Under the pieces are notes generated by a model. The model saw nothing but the letters and a program-made list of their open reading frames with translations, did not search any database and was not told where the DNA came from. A program made the translations under genes and the position numbers. A stretch of DNA of 63,747 nucleotides, filler included, from Octopus bimaculoides (Eukaryota): assembly GCF_001194135.2 (NCBI RefSeq). It is 7 parts of 6 records of this genome, joined end to end, with 100 filler letters (N's around TTAATTAATTAA, not from the genome) between each part and the next. Parts side by side here need not be neighbours in the genome. Positions count along the whole stretch, not along the records: positions 25,804 to 53,209 come from NC_068999.1; 6 more parts are not named here. One strand, given 5' to 3'. Shown here piece by piece: positions 27,131 to 39,835 of this stretch (its first letter is position 1; every line of letters starts with the position of its first letter).

Positions 27131-27273
27131 TGTTTATCCATTAAATCTAAATCTGCAAACCATATTTTCCTGTATGAGTAAAGCATACACATCAAAGACA
27201 TGATATATAGATATATGTTACCATGTCTTTACTGTGTATTTATTTCCGGTTGATGTTGTTGTTATTGTTGTAG

Positions 27274-27351
27274 TGCCAATGACGAAAACCTCAAAAAACC
27301 ACGAAGACTTTTCAACAACGAAGGAAGAGCCTTTAACATGAACGAACCAAA
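27274..27351 (+). CDS. DNAAF11: DNAAF11/LRRC6 internal exon (first visible): (x)ANDENLKKPRRLFNNEGRAFNMNEP(K)
   Basis: ttgttgtag|...|gtaagt; 78 nt, phase 2-2. Resembles human LRRC6 [20 protein letters not shown] as recalled, and joins in frame to the next exon. Confidence 0.92.
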
Positions 27352-27679
27352 GTAAGTGTGGTTTGTTTTTTTCTTCTTGCCGTTGTTGTTGTTGTTGTTG
27401 TTGTTGTTTAGCCCCAGGATACTCCTGATCCCTTAGACCTATAGGCACAGCCATGTGGTTAAGAAGTTTGCTTCACAACCACATGGTTGCAGGTTCAGTC
27501 CTACTGTAAGCCACTTTAGGCAAGTATTTGACCTTTTGTTGCCTTGAGTTGCCCAATATTTTGTCACACACGGAAGGTGGCAGGCTGACAGAAACGTTAG
27601 CACGCCGGGCGAAATGCTTAGCAGTATTTCATCTGTCTTTACGTTGTGAGTTCAAATTCCGCCCAGGTCAACTTTGCCT

Positions 27680-28070
27680 GTTGAGGCAAGTGAAATCAAA
27701 ATCGCTGACGTGGCCGATGACAGGACCACCTGATTGGCACTCGTGCCAGTGGAATGTTAAAAGCACCATCCGATTGTGATCGTTACCTGGGCCGCTGACT
27801 GGCTCTCATGCCGGTGGCATGTAAGAAACACCTTTTGAGCATGGTCATTCCCAGTGCTGCCGGACTGTCCCTCGTGCCGGCAGCACGTAAAAGCACCCAC
27901 TGCACTCTCGGAGTGGTTGGCATTAGGAAGGGCATCCAGCTGTAGAAACTTAGCCAGATCAGAATGGAGCCTGGTGCAGCCATCTGGTTTCACCAGTCCT
28001 CAGTCAAATTGTCCAACCCATGCCAGCATGGAAGGCAGACGTTAAACGATGATGATGATGATGATGATGA
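27680..28070 (+). mobile_element. Repeat family C (SINE-like, (GAT)n tail) in a DNAAF11 intron
   Basis: ...ggcattaggaagggcatccagctgtagaaac...ccaacccatgccagcatggaaggcagacgttaaacgatgatgat; other copies at 28812-28955(+), 36190-36465(-) and 46390-46560(-). Confidence 0.85.
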
Positions 28071-28114
28071 TTTCTATCTTTGTCTTTCTCTCCTTCTCAC
28101 ATTTCTTTAAACAG

Positions 28115-28180
28115 GATTAACTTCACATTAAAAGACCAAAATGAAGAGAATGCTTATCTTCTTGATATGGCTTGTTACAA
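28115..28180 (+). CDS. DNAAF11: DNAAF11 exon: (K)INFTLKDQNEENAYLLDMACY(K), start of CS-like domain
   Basis: Long polypyrimidine tract, acag|...|gtaagt; 66 nt, phase 2-2. Resembles [20 protein letters not shown]. Confidence 0.95.
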
Positions 28181-29490
28181 GTAAGTGGACATTTTCTCCA
28201 TCTTTTTGCCCAACAGAACTTCTATGTGATTTCTTGATCCATCAGAAATAGCAGCCAAATCACCCTCAAATCACACCCTTCCATTGCCATCACTGCTTAA
28301 TTCAGTGATGGAGTCACTCTATGGTGTCTCGACCTGCAAGAAAAAACAGCCAAATCTCACTCAAATCACAGTGGTTTCATTGAAAACGATGGTTTCATGT
28401 TAAGAAAAATATCTTAATATCTTAACAATTTTTTAAGCCAATCACATGGAGGAATGGTGTTCATCTCCATTTTGGATGAAAACACCAAATATAAGTATAT
28501 ATATTCTGCAATTTTGTGAATGTGTATAGAATAATATATCAATTGAATAAAGTTAAAACATGGTCTGGTTTTCATGTCTTTTATTATGGAATTTTAGCAT
28601 GAAAAAAAAAAAAAATTACCATCCTGAAATACAATATTTCTTGCAACACACAATTTCACATCTGGAATCTTGCAAAATGAATTAATAAACATTAAAAAGA
28701 TATTTTGTAATGTTCATAAAGTTCAATTAGCACTTCCATACATTCGTAGTAATCATCAGATTTCAAAATGTATTTAACTGACAGCGGAGTTCTTGACAAT
28801 GTGAAAACCATGGTTGGCGTTAGGAAGGGCATCCAGCTGTAGAAACTCTGCCAAATTTAGATTGGAGCCTGGTGTTGCCATCCGGTTTCACCAGTCCTCA
28901 GTCAAATCGTCCAACCCATGCTAGCATGGAAAGCGGACGTTAAACGATGATGATGATATATATATATGTATGTATGTATGTATGTCTGTATGTATGTATG
29001 TATTTGTATATATATATATNNNNNNNNNNNNNNNNNNNNNNNNNNNNNNNNNNNNNNNNNNNNNNNNNNNNNNNNNNNNNNNNNNNNNNNNNNNNNNNNN
29101 NNNNNNNNNNNNNNNNNNNNNNNNNNNNNNNNNNNNNNNNNNNNNNNNNNNNNNNNNNNNNNNNNNNNNNNNNNNNNNNNNNNNNNNNNNNNNNNNNNNN
29201 NNNNNNNNNNNNNNNNNNNNNNNNNNNNNNNNNNNNNNNNNNNNNNNNNNNNNNNNNNNNNNNNNNNNNNNNNNNNNNNNNNNNNNNNNNNNNNNNNNNN
29301 NNNNNNNNNNNNNNNNNNNNNNNNNNNNNNNNNNNNNNNNNNNNNNNNNNNNNNNNNNNNNNNNNNNNNNNNNNNNNNNNNNNNNNNNNNNNNNNNNNGT
29401 GCAATAAATAAATAAATATATATATATACATATATGTAGTAACAACAATAAAAACAGTTGCTGCTTCTGTTTGTCTTATTTTCTTTGTAG

Positions 29491-29560
29491 ATTTCTGGAT
29501 ACACACCTAATAGATGTTGATGTTCAACCACTTTATGTCCGAGCAACTATCAAAGGAAAA
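29491..29560 (+). CDS. DNAAF11: DNAAF11 exon: (K)[23 protein letters not shown]
   Basis: ttctttgtag|...|gtaagc; near-identical to the conserved [23 protein letters not shown] motif. Confidence 0.97.
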
Positions 29561-29895
29561 GTAAGCATTTTGATTATTTTTTGTTGATTTTATAGCATTG
29601 TTTATTTCATTCCTATGCTGTATGGTGCACTACAGCGTTTTTCTCACACATTTATTGCCATGTATCTACTTCATCTGGTGGATTAAATCTGGAACCAAGT
29701 GGTTGGGAAGCAAACTTCTTACCACACACACGATCACACATGTGTGTGTGTGTGTACCATAGGGTTCTAATGTAGTAATTTGTCCCTTGTTATACACTAC
29801 ACGAAGAAGAATTCTCGTGCTACCTTTGGGTTCCCGTGGGCCGCCACTGCTCAATCACGCACCATCACCTAACCCGATCCTTTCTCTTCCAACAG

Positions 29896-29991
29896 ATTTT
29901 CCAACTGTCGTTAAACGAAGAGGTCAGTCCAGACAGAAGTACAGCTAAAAGGTCACAGACCACTGGTCACCTTCTTATTACAATGCCAAAG
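29896..29991 (+). CDS. DNAAF11: DNAAF11 exon: [32 protein letters not shown]
   Basis: ttccaacag|...|gtaaga; 96 nt. Contains the diagnostic [10 protein letters not shown] motif. Confidence 0.97.
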
Positions 29992-30192
29992 GTAAGATAT
30001 ATTTTATTTCCAGATCTTTATTTTCAGTCAGATGTTCTGCAGTCATATGTCATATGCGTGCACAATGCTGTGGTACTGTTGAGGTGTTACTGTACAACAA
30101 CAGCAAACACAACAACAAACACAGGCGGAAACCTTGGATAGTCCATACATGACATTGTTGTTGCTATGACAATCTAGATATTTCCTTTCCAG

Positions 30193-30275
30193 ATGAAACC
30201 AATAATTCAACCAACAAACAGAAAAAATAAAAGACAAGAGAAGAAAAATGAGGAACCAAAGCCGAAAACTGAACG
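30193..30275 (+). CDS. DNAAF11: DNAAF11 exon: MKPIIQPTNRKNKRQEKKNEEPKPKTE(R), low-conservation linker
   Basis: tttcctttccag|...|gtaatc; phase 0-2 is exactly what is needed to join the flanking exons. Confidence 0.85.
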
Positions 30276-30624
30276 GTAATCATGATTTCTGACTTTAAAA
30301 AATAGGGATCAACTCTACCCAGTACATTCCGCCACAAGGTCCAGTCTTGTGGTGTGATGTGGTGGCTTATATGCCTCAATGATCCTTGCTGTGGCAGCAG
30401 AAAACAAGCTCCTGGTTTGGCCTCCCATGCTGGAAAGGTCACAGGATAGAGGTCAGACTAAATACAGACTGCCCCTTCCCAGAGGTAGAACCAAGTCCAA
30501 CACTTCTACCTAGAAAACTGTAAAATTACAGAATTGGTGGCAATTCAAATCTAAGACCTGGGAGAGGAAGGTCTTACAGTTCTGAATCAAGAACAGGGAA
30601 GAGTCATCAATTACCAGTGAACTA

Positions 30625-31063
30625 AGGTAACACCTCTTATTTTTCGAGCACCTTCCGGAATATTCGAACGGTTCCAAGCAGTGCTGTTTTCTGCAAGTGC
30701 TCCACCCTAATTGCAGCCCCTATTTGTTCCATGTACTTCTCGAGATTTTTGCTCACTGTTCCCAGGACTCCGACAATTATTGGTACTACTGCTACCTTTT
30801 TTATCGACCACAACTGCTTAACCTCCCAAGCTAACCTGTCATATCTCTCGACTTTCCTTTCTTCCTTATCGCATACCTTGTTATCAGCTGGGCATGCTAT
30901 ATCTATGATCCAGCATAGTTTGTTTTCTTTCTCAATTAAGACTGTCTGGCTTCCTATTCTCTATCTCATGGTCGCACTAAATTATAAAATCCCATAGGAT
31001 CCTTGCATTTTTATTTTCGACAATGCTTTGGGTTTGTGGTCGTACATTTTTATTTTTGACGCC
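30625..31063 (-). mobile_element. Dong/R4-like LINE 3' fragment in the last DNAAF11 intron
   Basis: Minus strand: LCWIIDIACPADNKVCDKEERKVERYDRLAWEVKQLWSIKKVAVVPIIVGVLGTVSKNLEKYMEQIG...LQKTALLGTVRILRKVLE, an RLE (D..K) endonuclease region. The 5' end abuts (TAA)n. Confidence 0.88.
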
Positions 31064-31082
31064 TTATTATTATTATTATTAA

Positions 31083-31113
<31 letters not shown>

Positions 31114-31126
31114 GTTATTGTTATTG

Positions 31127-31179
<53 letters not shown>

Positions 31180-31192
31180 GTTATTGTTATTG

Positions 31193-31231
<39 letters not shown>

Positions 31232-31804
31232 NNNNNNNNNNNNNNNNNNNNNNNNNNNNNNNNNNNNNNNNNNNNNNNNNNNNNNNNNNNNNNNNNNNNN
31301 NNNNNNNNNNNNNNNNNNNNNNNNNNNNNNNNNNNNNNNNNNNNNNNNNNNNNNNNNNNNNNNNNNNNNNNNNNNNNNNNNNNNNNNNNNNNNNNNNNNN
31401 NNNNNNNNNNNNNNNNNNNNNNNNNNNNNNNNNNNNNNNNNNNNNNNNNNNNNNNNNNNNNNNNNNNNNNNNNNNNNNNNNNNNNNNNNNNNNNNNNNNN
31501 NNNNNNNNNNNNNNNNNNNNNNNNNNNNNNNNNNNNNNNNNNNNNNNNNNNNNNNNNNNNNNNNNNNNNNNNNNNNNNNNNNNNNNNNNNNNNNNNNNNN
31601 NNNNNNNNNNNNNNNNNNNNNNNNNNNNNNNNNNNNNNNNNNNNNNNNNNNNNNNNNNNNNNNNNNNNNNNNNNNNNNNNNNNNNNNNNNNNNNNNNNAT
31701 CAAATGCTTTCACTGCACTGCTAAGCACAGCTGTAGTTTGTTTTACTATATTGTTTTGTTGTCTTTTTTTATTTTTCAATATATTCTGTCTCATTTTTAT
31801 GCAG

Positions 31805-32000
31805 GGCCCAGGTTGAACGGCTGGAAGTTGGTGAAAACCTAACGAAAGTCGATTACTGCAACATTATTAATGAAAATAACCAAAAACAGGCTGTGGTGAA
31901 AGAGGAACAAGCAGTGATAAAGAAATGGTCTGCGATGTACGAAGACCGAAAGAATTCTGAAGGTTTTGTTGACGACCCTGAAGTACCAGAACTGATATGA
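31805..32000 (+). CDS. DNAAF11: DNAAF11 terminal coding exon: (R)AQVERLEVGEN...EGFVDDPEVPELI*
   Basis: ttttatgcag| acceptor; stop TGA at 31998-32000. Resembles the LRRC6 C-terminus (EKLEV...FEDNPEVPPLI*). Confidence 0.95.
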
Positions 32001-32239
32001 ACCAATCTCCATGGCTTTCTAACAATCATCATGGCTCCATACAGACTGAGACACTGGAGGAGGTTGAAAACTGCCTGGTGGTGGGCGCCAAGGAGCTACA
32101 TCTGTTCTGTTGTTATTACATCTATCAGATGGAGAAAGAACAAGTGATAATAAGTGTGTGTGTATATGTTTGAGTGTATGTAGCATGAATGAATGTGGTA
32201 GAGTGTATGTATATGTATATGTTGTGAGAATTTACAAAA

Positions 32240-32400
32240 AAAACAACAAAAGACGAAGGTGGGTGTGTAAACAACAAACAGATGTATTAGTTTAACGCTT
32301 GGGAAAGTGAGAAAGTCTTTTATGTTTCGAGCTTATGCTCTTCGACAGAAAGGAACTCAGAAATAAACAGGGAGAAAAAATAGAAAATAGAATATGTACA
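32240..32400 (-). mobile_element. Penelope-like terminal-repeat fragment with a degenerate hammerhead
   Basis: Minus strand cttt-CTGTCGA-a-GAGC(ataa)GCTC-GAAAC-ata-aaag at 32317-32352. Confidence 0.55.
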
Positions 32401-33321
32401 TATTTGAAGCCGTTATTATTCTACTTTAGACCATCACCACTATGACTGCCACCACCATCATCATCATCATTATCATCATCATCATCATCACCGTCACCAA
32501 TGAAGAACTTCTAATTCTTCATGTTCTGAGTTCAAGTCCCACCAAGGTCGGGTTTTTTGCCTTTTCATCCTTTCAGAGCCGATAAAATAAAGTAGGGGCC
32601 CTCCACCCCTGTCTTTGTCTCCATCTTATACTGCACCACCACTACCACCACCATCATCACCCTCCTCTCCACTTCTCCTCCACCACCACCACTATCCCCA
32701 TCATCATCATCAGCATCATCATCATCATCAACTTCATCACTTTACACTTGTTACCTAGCGACATGTTATCATCAGTCAGCAATTACGCTAATGCTTAATC
32801 TCGCTTGCTTGATATTGCACAGACAGACCAGGATGGTGGGGGTGGGGGTGCAACATATGGTTGGGCAGCGGGGTGGGGGCTGGGGGTGAGGCACACGGCT
32901 GGGTTAGGTTGGGTGGTAGTGGTCTCCTCCGTTACTACCACCACCACCACCACAGAATTGTCGGACTAAATGCATTATCGGATTTAGTTTCATCCTTCAC
33001 ACTCTTTCCTCTACTTACATATTTCATCACTCCAGAGTTATGGTATTGGTGGTGGTGGTCGTGGTGGTCGTGGTGTTCAGCCCCAGGTCAGCTCTGAGCA
33101 GCAGACAACTGATCAAACACTCTCTAGCCATAACCCATCTCATCTGTTCCCCTCCCCCATGTGCAGCATATCTGGAAACCCACAGGTCAAAGTGTCCTTT
33201 TCATAATTAATTCAGCTGGATGTGAACTGAGGGAGATTTGGCTGCTATTTCAATGAATTCCTAGAAGTTCTTGTGTTAGCTTATCCAAAATAGTGGTGAG
33301 ATGGTGGCAATGATGCTGGTG

Positions 33322-33391
<70 letters not shown>

Positions 33392-33454
33392 CAGCAGCAG
33401 CAGCAGCAGATGCATGTATGGATGGATGGGTGTGTGTATGTATATACATAAATA

Positions 33455-33625
33455 GGCACAGAAGCAGCTGTGTGGTAAGTAGCTTGCTTACCAACCACAT
33501 GGTTCCGAGTTCAGTCCCACTGTGTGGCACCTTGGGCAAGTGTCTTCTACTATAGCCTCAGACCGACCAAAGCCTTGTGAGTGGATTTGGTAGACGGAAA
33601 CTGAAAGAAGCCTGTTGTGTGTTTA
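33455..33625 (+). mobile_element. SINE family A, 5' half
   Basis: gctgtgtggtaagtagcttgcttaccaaccacatggttccgagttcagtcccac...ggaaactgaaagaagcc. Confidence 0.9.
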
Positions 33626-34053
33626 TATATTTATATCTATATATATACATATTTAAAACAAGGACGGGTCATATGGAGTTTTCTTTCTTCAGTCAAGTTC
33701 CAGATTATCTTTGCAATTTCAGCTGGTTATACTCGAGATTGCTCCAATCTGGCCGTATATATATAATCATGTCTCACTGTTTCTCTCAATTCCACTAATT
33801 GACAAAGGTTTTTGTTTATATTAAAATGCAGCCATTGAACGCTGTTATAGATTATGCCTAACTGAAAACAATCACAGTCACATCATCCAAACAGACCGGG
33901 TGAAACTGGGCTTAGCTGCTAGTTACATATAAGAACAACAAATAGTGTTTTTATGTGTGTAAAGCTTGATGAAGCTGGAATAGACAAATTAGAGTTGTAC
34001 AAAGCAGCATTGAATAAAACATTCACTTGTAGGGTCATATTTAACATTTCTGT

Positions 34054-34437
34054 GTGGAGGTGCAATGACCCAGTTGTTAGGGCAGTGGACTCCTGGTTGT
34101 AGGATCGTGGTTTCAATTCCCAGACTGGGTGTTGTGAGTGTTTATTGAGCGAAGACACCTAAAGATCCACGAGGCTCTGGCAGGGGATGGTGGTGAACCC
34201 TGCTGTACTCTTTCACCACAACTTTCTCTTGCACTTTCTTCCTGTTTCTGTTGTACCTGTATTTCGAGGGGGCCAGCCTTGTCACACTCTGCGTCCCGCT
34301 GAATCTCCCCGAGAACTATGTTAAAGATACACGTGTCTGTGGAGTACTCAGCCACTTGCACGTTAATTTCATGAGCAGGCTGTTCCATTGATTGATTAAC
34401 TGGAACCCTTGTCTTCGTAACCAATGGAGTGCCACAA
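34054..34437 (+). mobile_element. SINE family D, full length, 12-bp TSD
   Basis: TSD taacatttctgt at 34042-34053 and 34438-34449; colinear with the 21918 copy. Confidence 0.92.
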
Positions 34438-36957
34438 TAACATTTCTGTACACTCAGACACAGGAAAACCTTTAGCTACTGAAATATCCTTGGGAGATAT
34501 TTTTCCTCTTTGACAATAATGTATGGAAACACATTGGGCTACAATACATAAAACCTGATATTTGTCAGTGTTCTTTCTAACAAAGTGTTCAGTTCACAAC
34601 ATTAAATTTCTCTTCTCTTTTTTTTTTCACAACATAAAATTTCTTCCACTATTTGAATTATTTAAACATGTGTCACCTGTCCATACACAAACTTGCTCTC
34701 CCACCTCGTCTCTCACTCTCTCTCTCTCTTTCTAACACATTGATCAATTTTTTTGACATTAGATGACATATTTCCTGTTTCATTAAACAATTAAACTTTT
34801 CTCACAGTCTTGTTTTCTACTAAACTTTCCTAGCACCATTCAATCACTCAGCCAGTCTGTCTGTATCTTTCTAAGTACGATAGGATCTAACATATATATC
34901 TATTAGAGCAAGTTGAAAAGAAAAACATCGTCGGCTGAGGTTATCCAAGCAATTAGTAACCAAAGGCTTCTTGGAGTGTCCAGAATTTGAAACCAATAAC
35001 CAAGGGAGATGACACTGATTATATCCTTTGATTGGAGTTTTGGGGGCTCAAAGGAGCAAGGGTTCACACACACAGTGTGTGTTAACACAGTTGCATGCCT
35101 TGAGATGTAGCTAGGTGTGGTGCAGAAATATTAAAATGTTGTGACAGACTTTTAGTTTATGATCACAAAACAGGGATTCGTCGTAAGCAATTGGCATTAA
35201 AAGACAGGAATTTTGGAGAATTGTAATTTCTGTATTCTTAAACATGGAATTCAAATATTAATAATAATTGCTTGACACCAGGCCAGCACTTTGATGAAAG
35301 GGGCAGGAGTTTATCGACCCTGAAAAGGTGAAAGACAAAGTTGACCTCGACAGAGTTTGAACTCAGAACGTTAAAATCCAGAAGAAATAGCAATAAGCAA
35401 TTTGTCCGACCCACTGATGATTCTGCTAGCTTGCTGTCTGAATAATAATATCCCTTTCTACCATAGGCACAAGGTCTGAAGTTTCGCAAGTGTGGGTTAG
35501 TCGATTACATCTACCCCTGTACTCAACTGGTTCTTATTTCATTCACCCTGAAAGAATGAAAAGCAAAGCTGACCTCAGTGGAATTTGAACTCAGAATGTA
35601 AAGATAGACAAAACATTGCTAAGCATTTTGTCAAGCATGTTAACGATTCTGCTAAATGCGAAAAGAAGTTAAAAGCAAAAACTTTTGGTGGGATGATTTT
35701 AAAAAATTGTGAAAGCGTTTATTTTTTTCTTTTTGGTCACAATCGTAAATTCTGTTGTCGGAAACATAGGAACCCAAAGAAATTTTAGACGGAAAAAAAG
35801 GTGTATGACAAACCTGTTATTGGACACGTCCGTCAGGACATTGGTGAATAATTGTTAATATATCCACTTTCATTTTGTGATAAAGAATCAAAAGTATATC
35901 CAATGGATTATATTTAGAAACATGTTAAAAATATTCACTTAAATTATAAAAATAAAGTATTAATGTTATGAAATACAGCTGTTAAGTGATGAAATGAGAG
36001 GAAGTTTTTATTTCAAACACGTCGACATATGGAGAACACCAGAGAAAAAAAGGGGGTGGCAGGTTGAGATTTGAACCATAGTTCTCAGGTTCTCGTCTCC
36101 GTGATAACTGTGCTTCATTTATTGAATAAAGAAATACTTAAATAATTTTTACATAGTTTAAAATACTTATAATCTTAATTATGCTATCGTTCATCGTTTA
36201 ATGTCCGCTTTCCATGCTAGCATGGGTTGGACGATTTGACTGAGGACTGGTGAACCAGAAGGCCACACCAGGCTCCAATCTGATTTGGCAGAGTTTCTAC
36301 AGCTGGATGCCCTTCCTAACGCCAACCACTCTGAGAGTGTAGTGAGTGCTTTTACGTGCCACTGGCATGAAGGCCAGTCAGGCGGTACTGGCAACGGCCA
36401 TGCTCAAAAGGGTGTATTTTACGTGCCACCTGCAGAGGAGCCAGTCCAGTGGCACTGGCACGATATAAATAATTATTTTTCTTTTAAATACTAGATATAT
36501 AGTTTTTGATTTTATGTACAAAGTGTGCCACCCACAGGGTAATTCAAAATTATTGGTAAAAAAAGAGTGTACTTGTGGTACCTGTGAGTGTTGTAATGGA
36601 TATATTGCAAAAATCTGGATGTAAAATGAAAGGTTAACTCTTCAGGTTTCTAATGACAGTCACAGATGTTCAAAGTGAGCGTTCTTTGCCACACAGCAGA
36701 CATCTGCACAATAGTCTAGTTCTTGCCATACCCATACAAGGGCCCTGGAATAGGGGATGCATAAGGTACACTTGCACTCTCTAAAATTTTGTAGGGGTGC
36801 AAAATTCAATATTGCACGCCCTACTTACCTTTCCCAGGCTTAGAAAAAACAAGTACAAAGAACTAAAATAAGTAGAAAGCACTCCACCCCAAATCCTTAG
36901 AAATATATATTAGTGAGCTAAACCATCCTCAACATGAAAAAATTAAATAAATTAATT

Positions 36958-37001
<44 letters not shown>

Positions 37002-37849
37002 GGAGCACTCCATCAATTATGATGACAAGGGTCCCAGTCGATACAATCAATGAAACAGCTTGCTCACGAAATTAACAAGCAAATGGCTGAGTGCTCCACA
37101 GACACGTGTACCCTTAACATAGTTCTCAAGGAGATTCAGCATGACACAGAGTTTGACATGGCTGGCCCTTAGAATTACAGGTACTTCTAATCTTTGCCAG
37201 CTGAGTGGACTGGAGCAATGTGAAATAAAGTGTCTTGCTCAAGGACACAATGGGAATTGAACTCCTGACCTTACGATCATGAGCCAAATGCCCTAACCAT
37301 TAAGCCATGCGCCTTCACTGTGTATGTGTATGTATTTATCTATTTGTATTTATATTTATATGTAACAACAATTTAACAACAGCAAAACAACAAAAACCAC
37401 AGCCACTCCTTGATATTAGCACAATCGGTGAAATATTAAACTCCACAATCAAAAGCCCTTCCCTGTATAAGCTATCCGCTTTCTCATTTTCTCAAAATAC
37501 CACAAGTGACCCATCCTCATCATCGTTGTCATTATGTTCTACTGCTATTACCCTTACCACAGCTAGACAATAGCAACAACAACATGATCGGCATCGGCAA
37601 TGACTCTTCAATACTAAAACAATTGATACTACTGCCATTACCACTACTACTACTCTAATTAGTGAAGAACCACTCCTTTCTTCGTCCCTTCCGCCCCCCC
37701 CCACCACTATCCACTTCAATCTGGATGTATACCTGACAGCTCCATGATAAATTTGCCAACTGTAAAGACAGTAAAATCATGAACACACGAAACCCCTAAA
37801 TATGCCACTATTCTCAATGCAAGTAACTATGCATTTGCAGTGACTGTAG

Positions 37850-38830
37850 CTTCACCCATTTACCTGGGACAAGACGCACAGTTCATACAAGCAATACCAG
37901 CCAATGCCAAACCACACATCTTACAACACCATCACCATCACTACTAAATGCTAAATCACACTTAATAAATTCTACATATGTAACCCGGAATCCTAAAATC
38001 TGTTGCTTTCCCAACACGAAAGATTATGTCTGATGTGTGACTCTCCCTTCAATAATCTTTTAGGGTGTCAATGCATTAGTAAAAGCATGGATTCAAACAA
38101 CCACCACATCTACAGAAGAAATATCCCTTACAGTGGCAGTGTTGGGCCAGACTTACGTCGAAACCCAGAAGTTGCTCAGATATCTACTGTAAAATCAACG
38201 GCCGCAAACCATGATGAATCTGGCAAAAGAAATTAAAAAGACTACTAGCTCTTCCACAGCACCAACTGCTGCTATTACCCCAGTGCACAACCACACACCA
38301 TTGCTGTCAGTAACCCACAAACTCGACTCTATAATAATGTCGAATGTACAAGGTCTTTCACACTTTGAAAATTGAACATAAGATCATATCTTAGAGATCT
38401 TGCTCAGCGAGAGAGCTCTCATGTAGCGAGAAAAGATAATATGTGTAGCATTAAGTGAAACGCACTTGACCCCAGATATATTGGATGTGGAAATACATGT
38501 CAGGTTATGTACGACTCAGAACTGACCACAGAATAAGGAAACAAGAAGAAATAGCAATTTTCATCCAAGAAGACCTGGCAACAAATGTCCTCCTCTCCCA
38601 CTCTGACACAATGTGTGATACACTAATAATGCATGTGATTGACCTCAGTTTGACCATAGGTGTGACCTACTGTCTTCCTGATGCAGCTAGCCATGGAGAT
38701 CGCTTCAAAGATGCTTTGTCTCTCATAAGCCAAACCTCAAATGAGGCCAGCCGACTGGCCAATGTACTTTTAGCAAGGGATTTTTAGTTTTCCTAATCTC
38801 ACCTGGCCTGAGGGTTATATCGAACCTGAA
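37850..38830 (+). mobile_element. Decayed CR1-like LINE: APE endonuclease region with probable upstream 5' part
   Basis: 38335-38825 translates to NVQGL...SETHLTPDILDVEIH/SGYVRLRTD...TY..PD...NVLLARDFSFPNLTW, recognisable APE motifs. The portion upstream of 38335 is tentative. Confidence 0.75.
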
Positions 38831-39793
38831 ATTCTACAATTGAACAGGAAAGATATGAATGCTTTTTTCAAAACCAGTTCGCAACATAACATATACGAAA
38901 TAAGGTGGTGAACTGGCAGAACTGTAAGCATATCAGCCAACAATGCTTCGTAGCATTTCTTCTCGCTCTTTAGCATAATGTGTTCAAATCTCGCCGAGGT
39001 CAACTTTGCTTTTCATCCTTACGAGGTCGATAAAATAAGTACCAGTCATGTACTGGGAACAATGTAATCGACTAAACCTCTCTCTTCAAATTGCTAACCT
39101 TACACCTAAATTTGAAACTATGTTACACATACGAAACCTCAGCGTTTTTCACCCCCCTCTTTAATATACAAGACGCTATCCTAGGAGTATTTTTATTTAA
39201 ACACTTGAACATTTTTCCTGGAGTATAATGTTTTCTGAATTAACGCCGGTCTCTAATTCTCAGAAAATAGTCACGACTCTAACGAACAATATCAAATCTT
39301 CAGAAACATTTCCTGTCCTACCAAATATGGTTTTATTCCTCATCCCTCACATGTGATATCGTTATATTTGCATGTTTTTTGCAATCTTAATAAGTGAATT
39401 TCTCTATTAGACGTTTTAATTCCTCGTTAACCAAAAATATACAAAGAAACCAAACCCAACCCCATAAAATGGAACACAATTCATAATCTTTCTTTGAGAA
39501 AGTGCAAGTGTAAGCGGAAAAAGAAAGTGAACTTGTGTGGTGTATGTCTTTCAGTCAGACTTGGCTGATGTGAAGAAAATAGTCAGGATAAATGGTAGGC
39601 GTGTGGGCATGTGTGACTGTATATGTATGTATACACACACACATACAAGCACACGCACACATACACAAAGCACGTATGTATTCTAAATTAAATGTGTGTG
39701 AGAGAATTGCTATGATTTATCTTCTACACCTGTCTGTTTGTCTGTCTCTCATTCAGAAATGTACGCGTGCCCCTGTTTATATACGTTTATATG

Positions 39794-39835
<42 letters not shown>

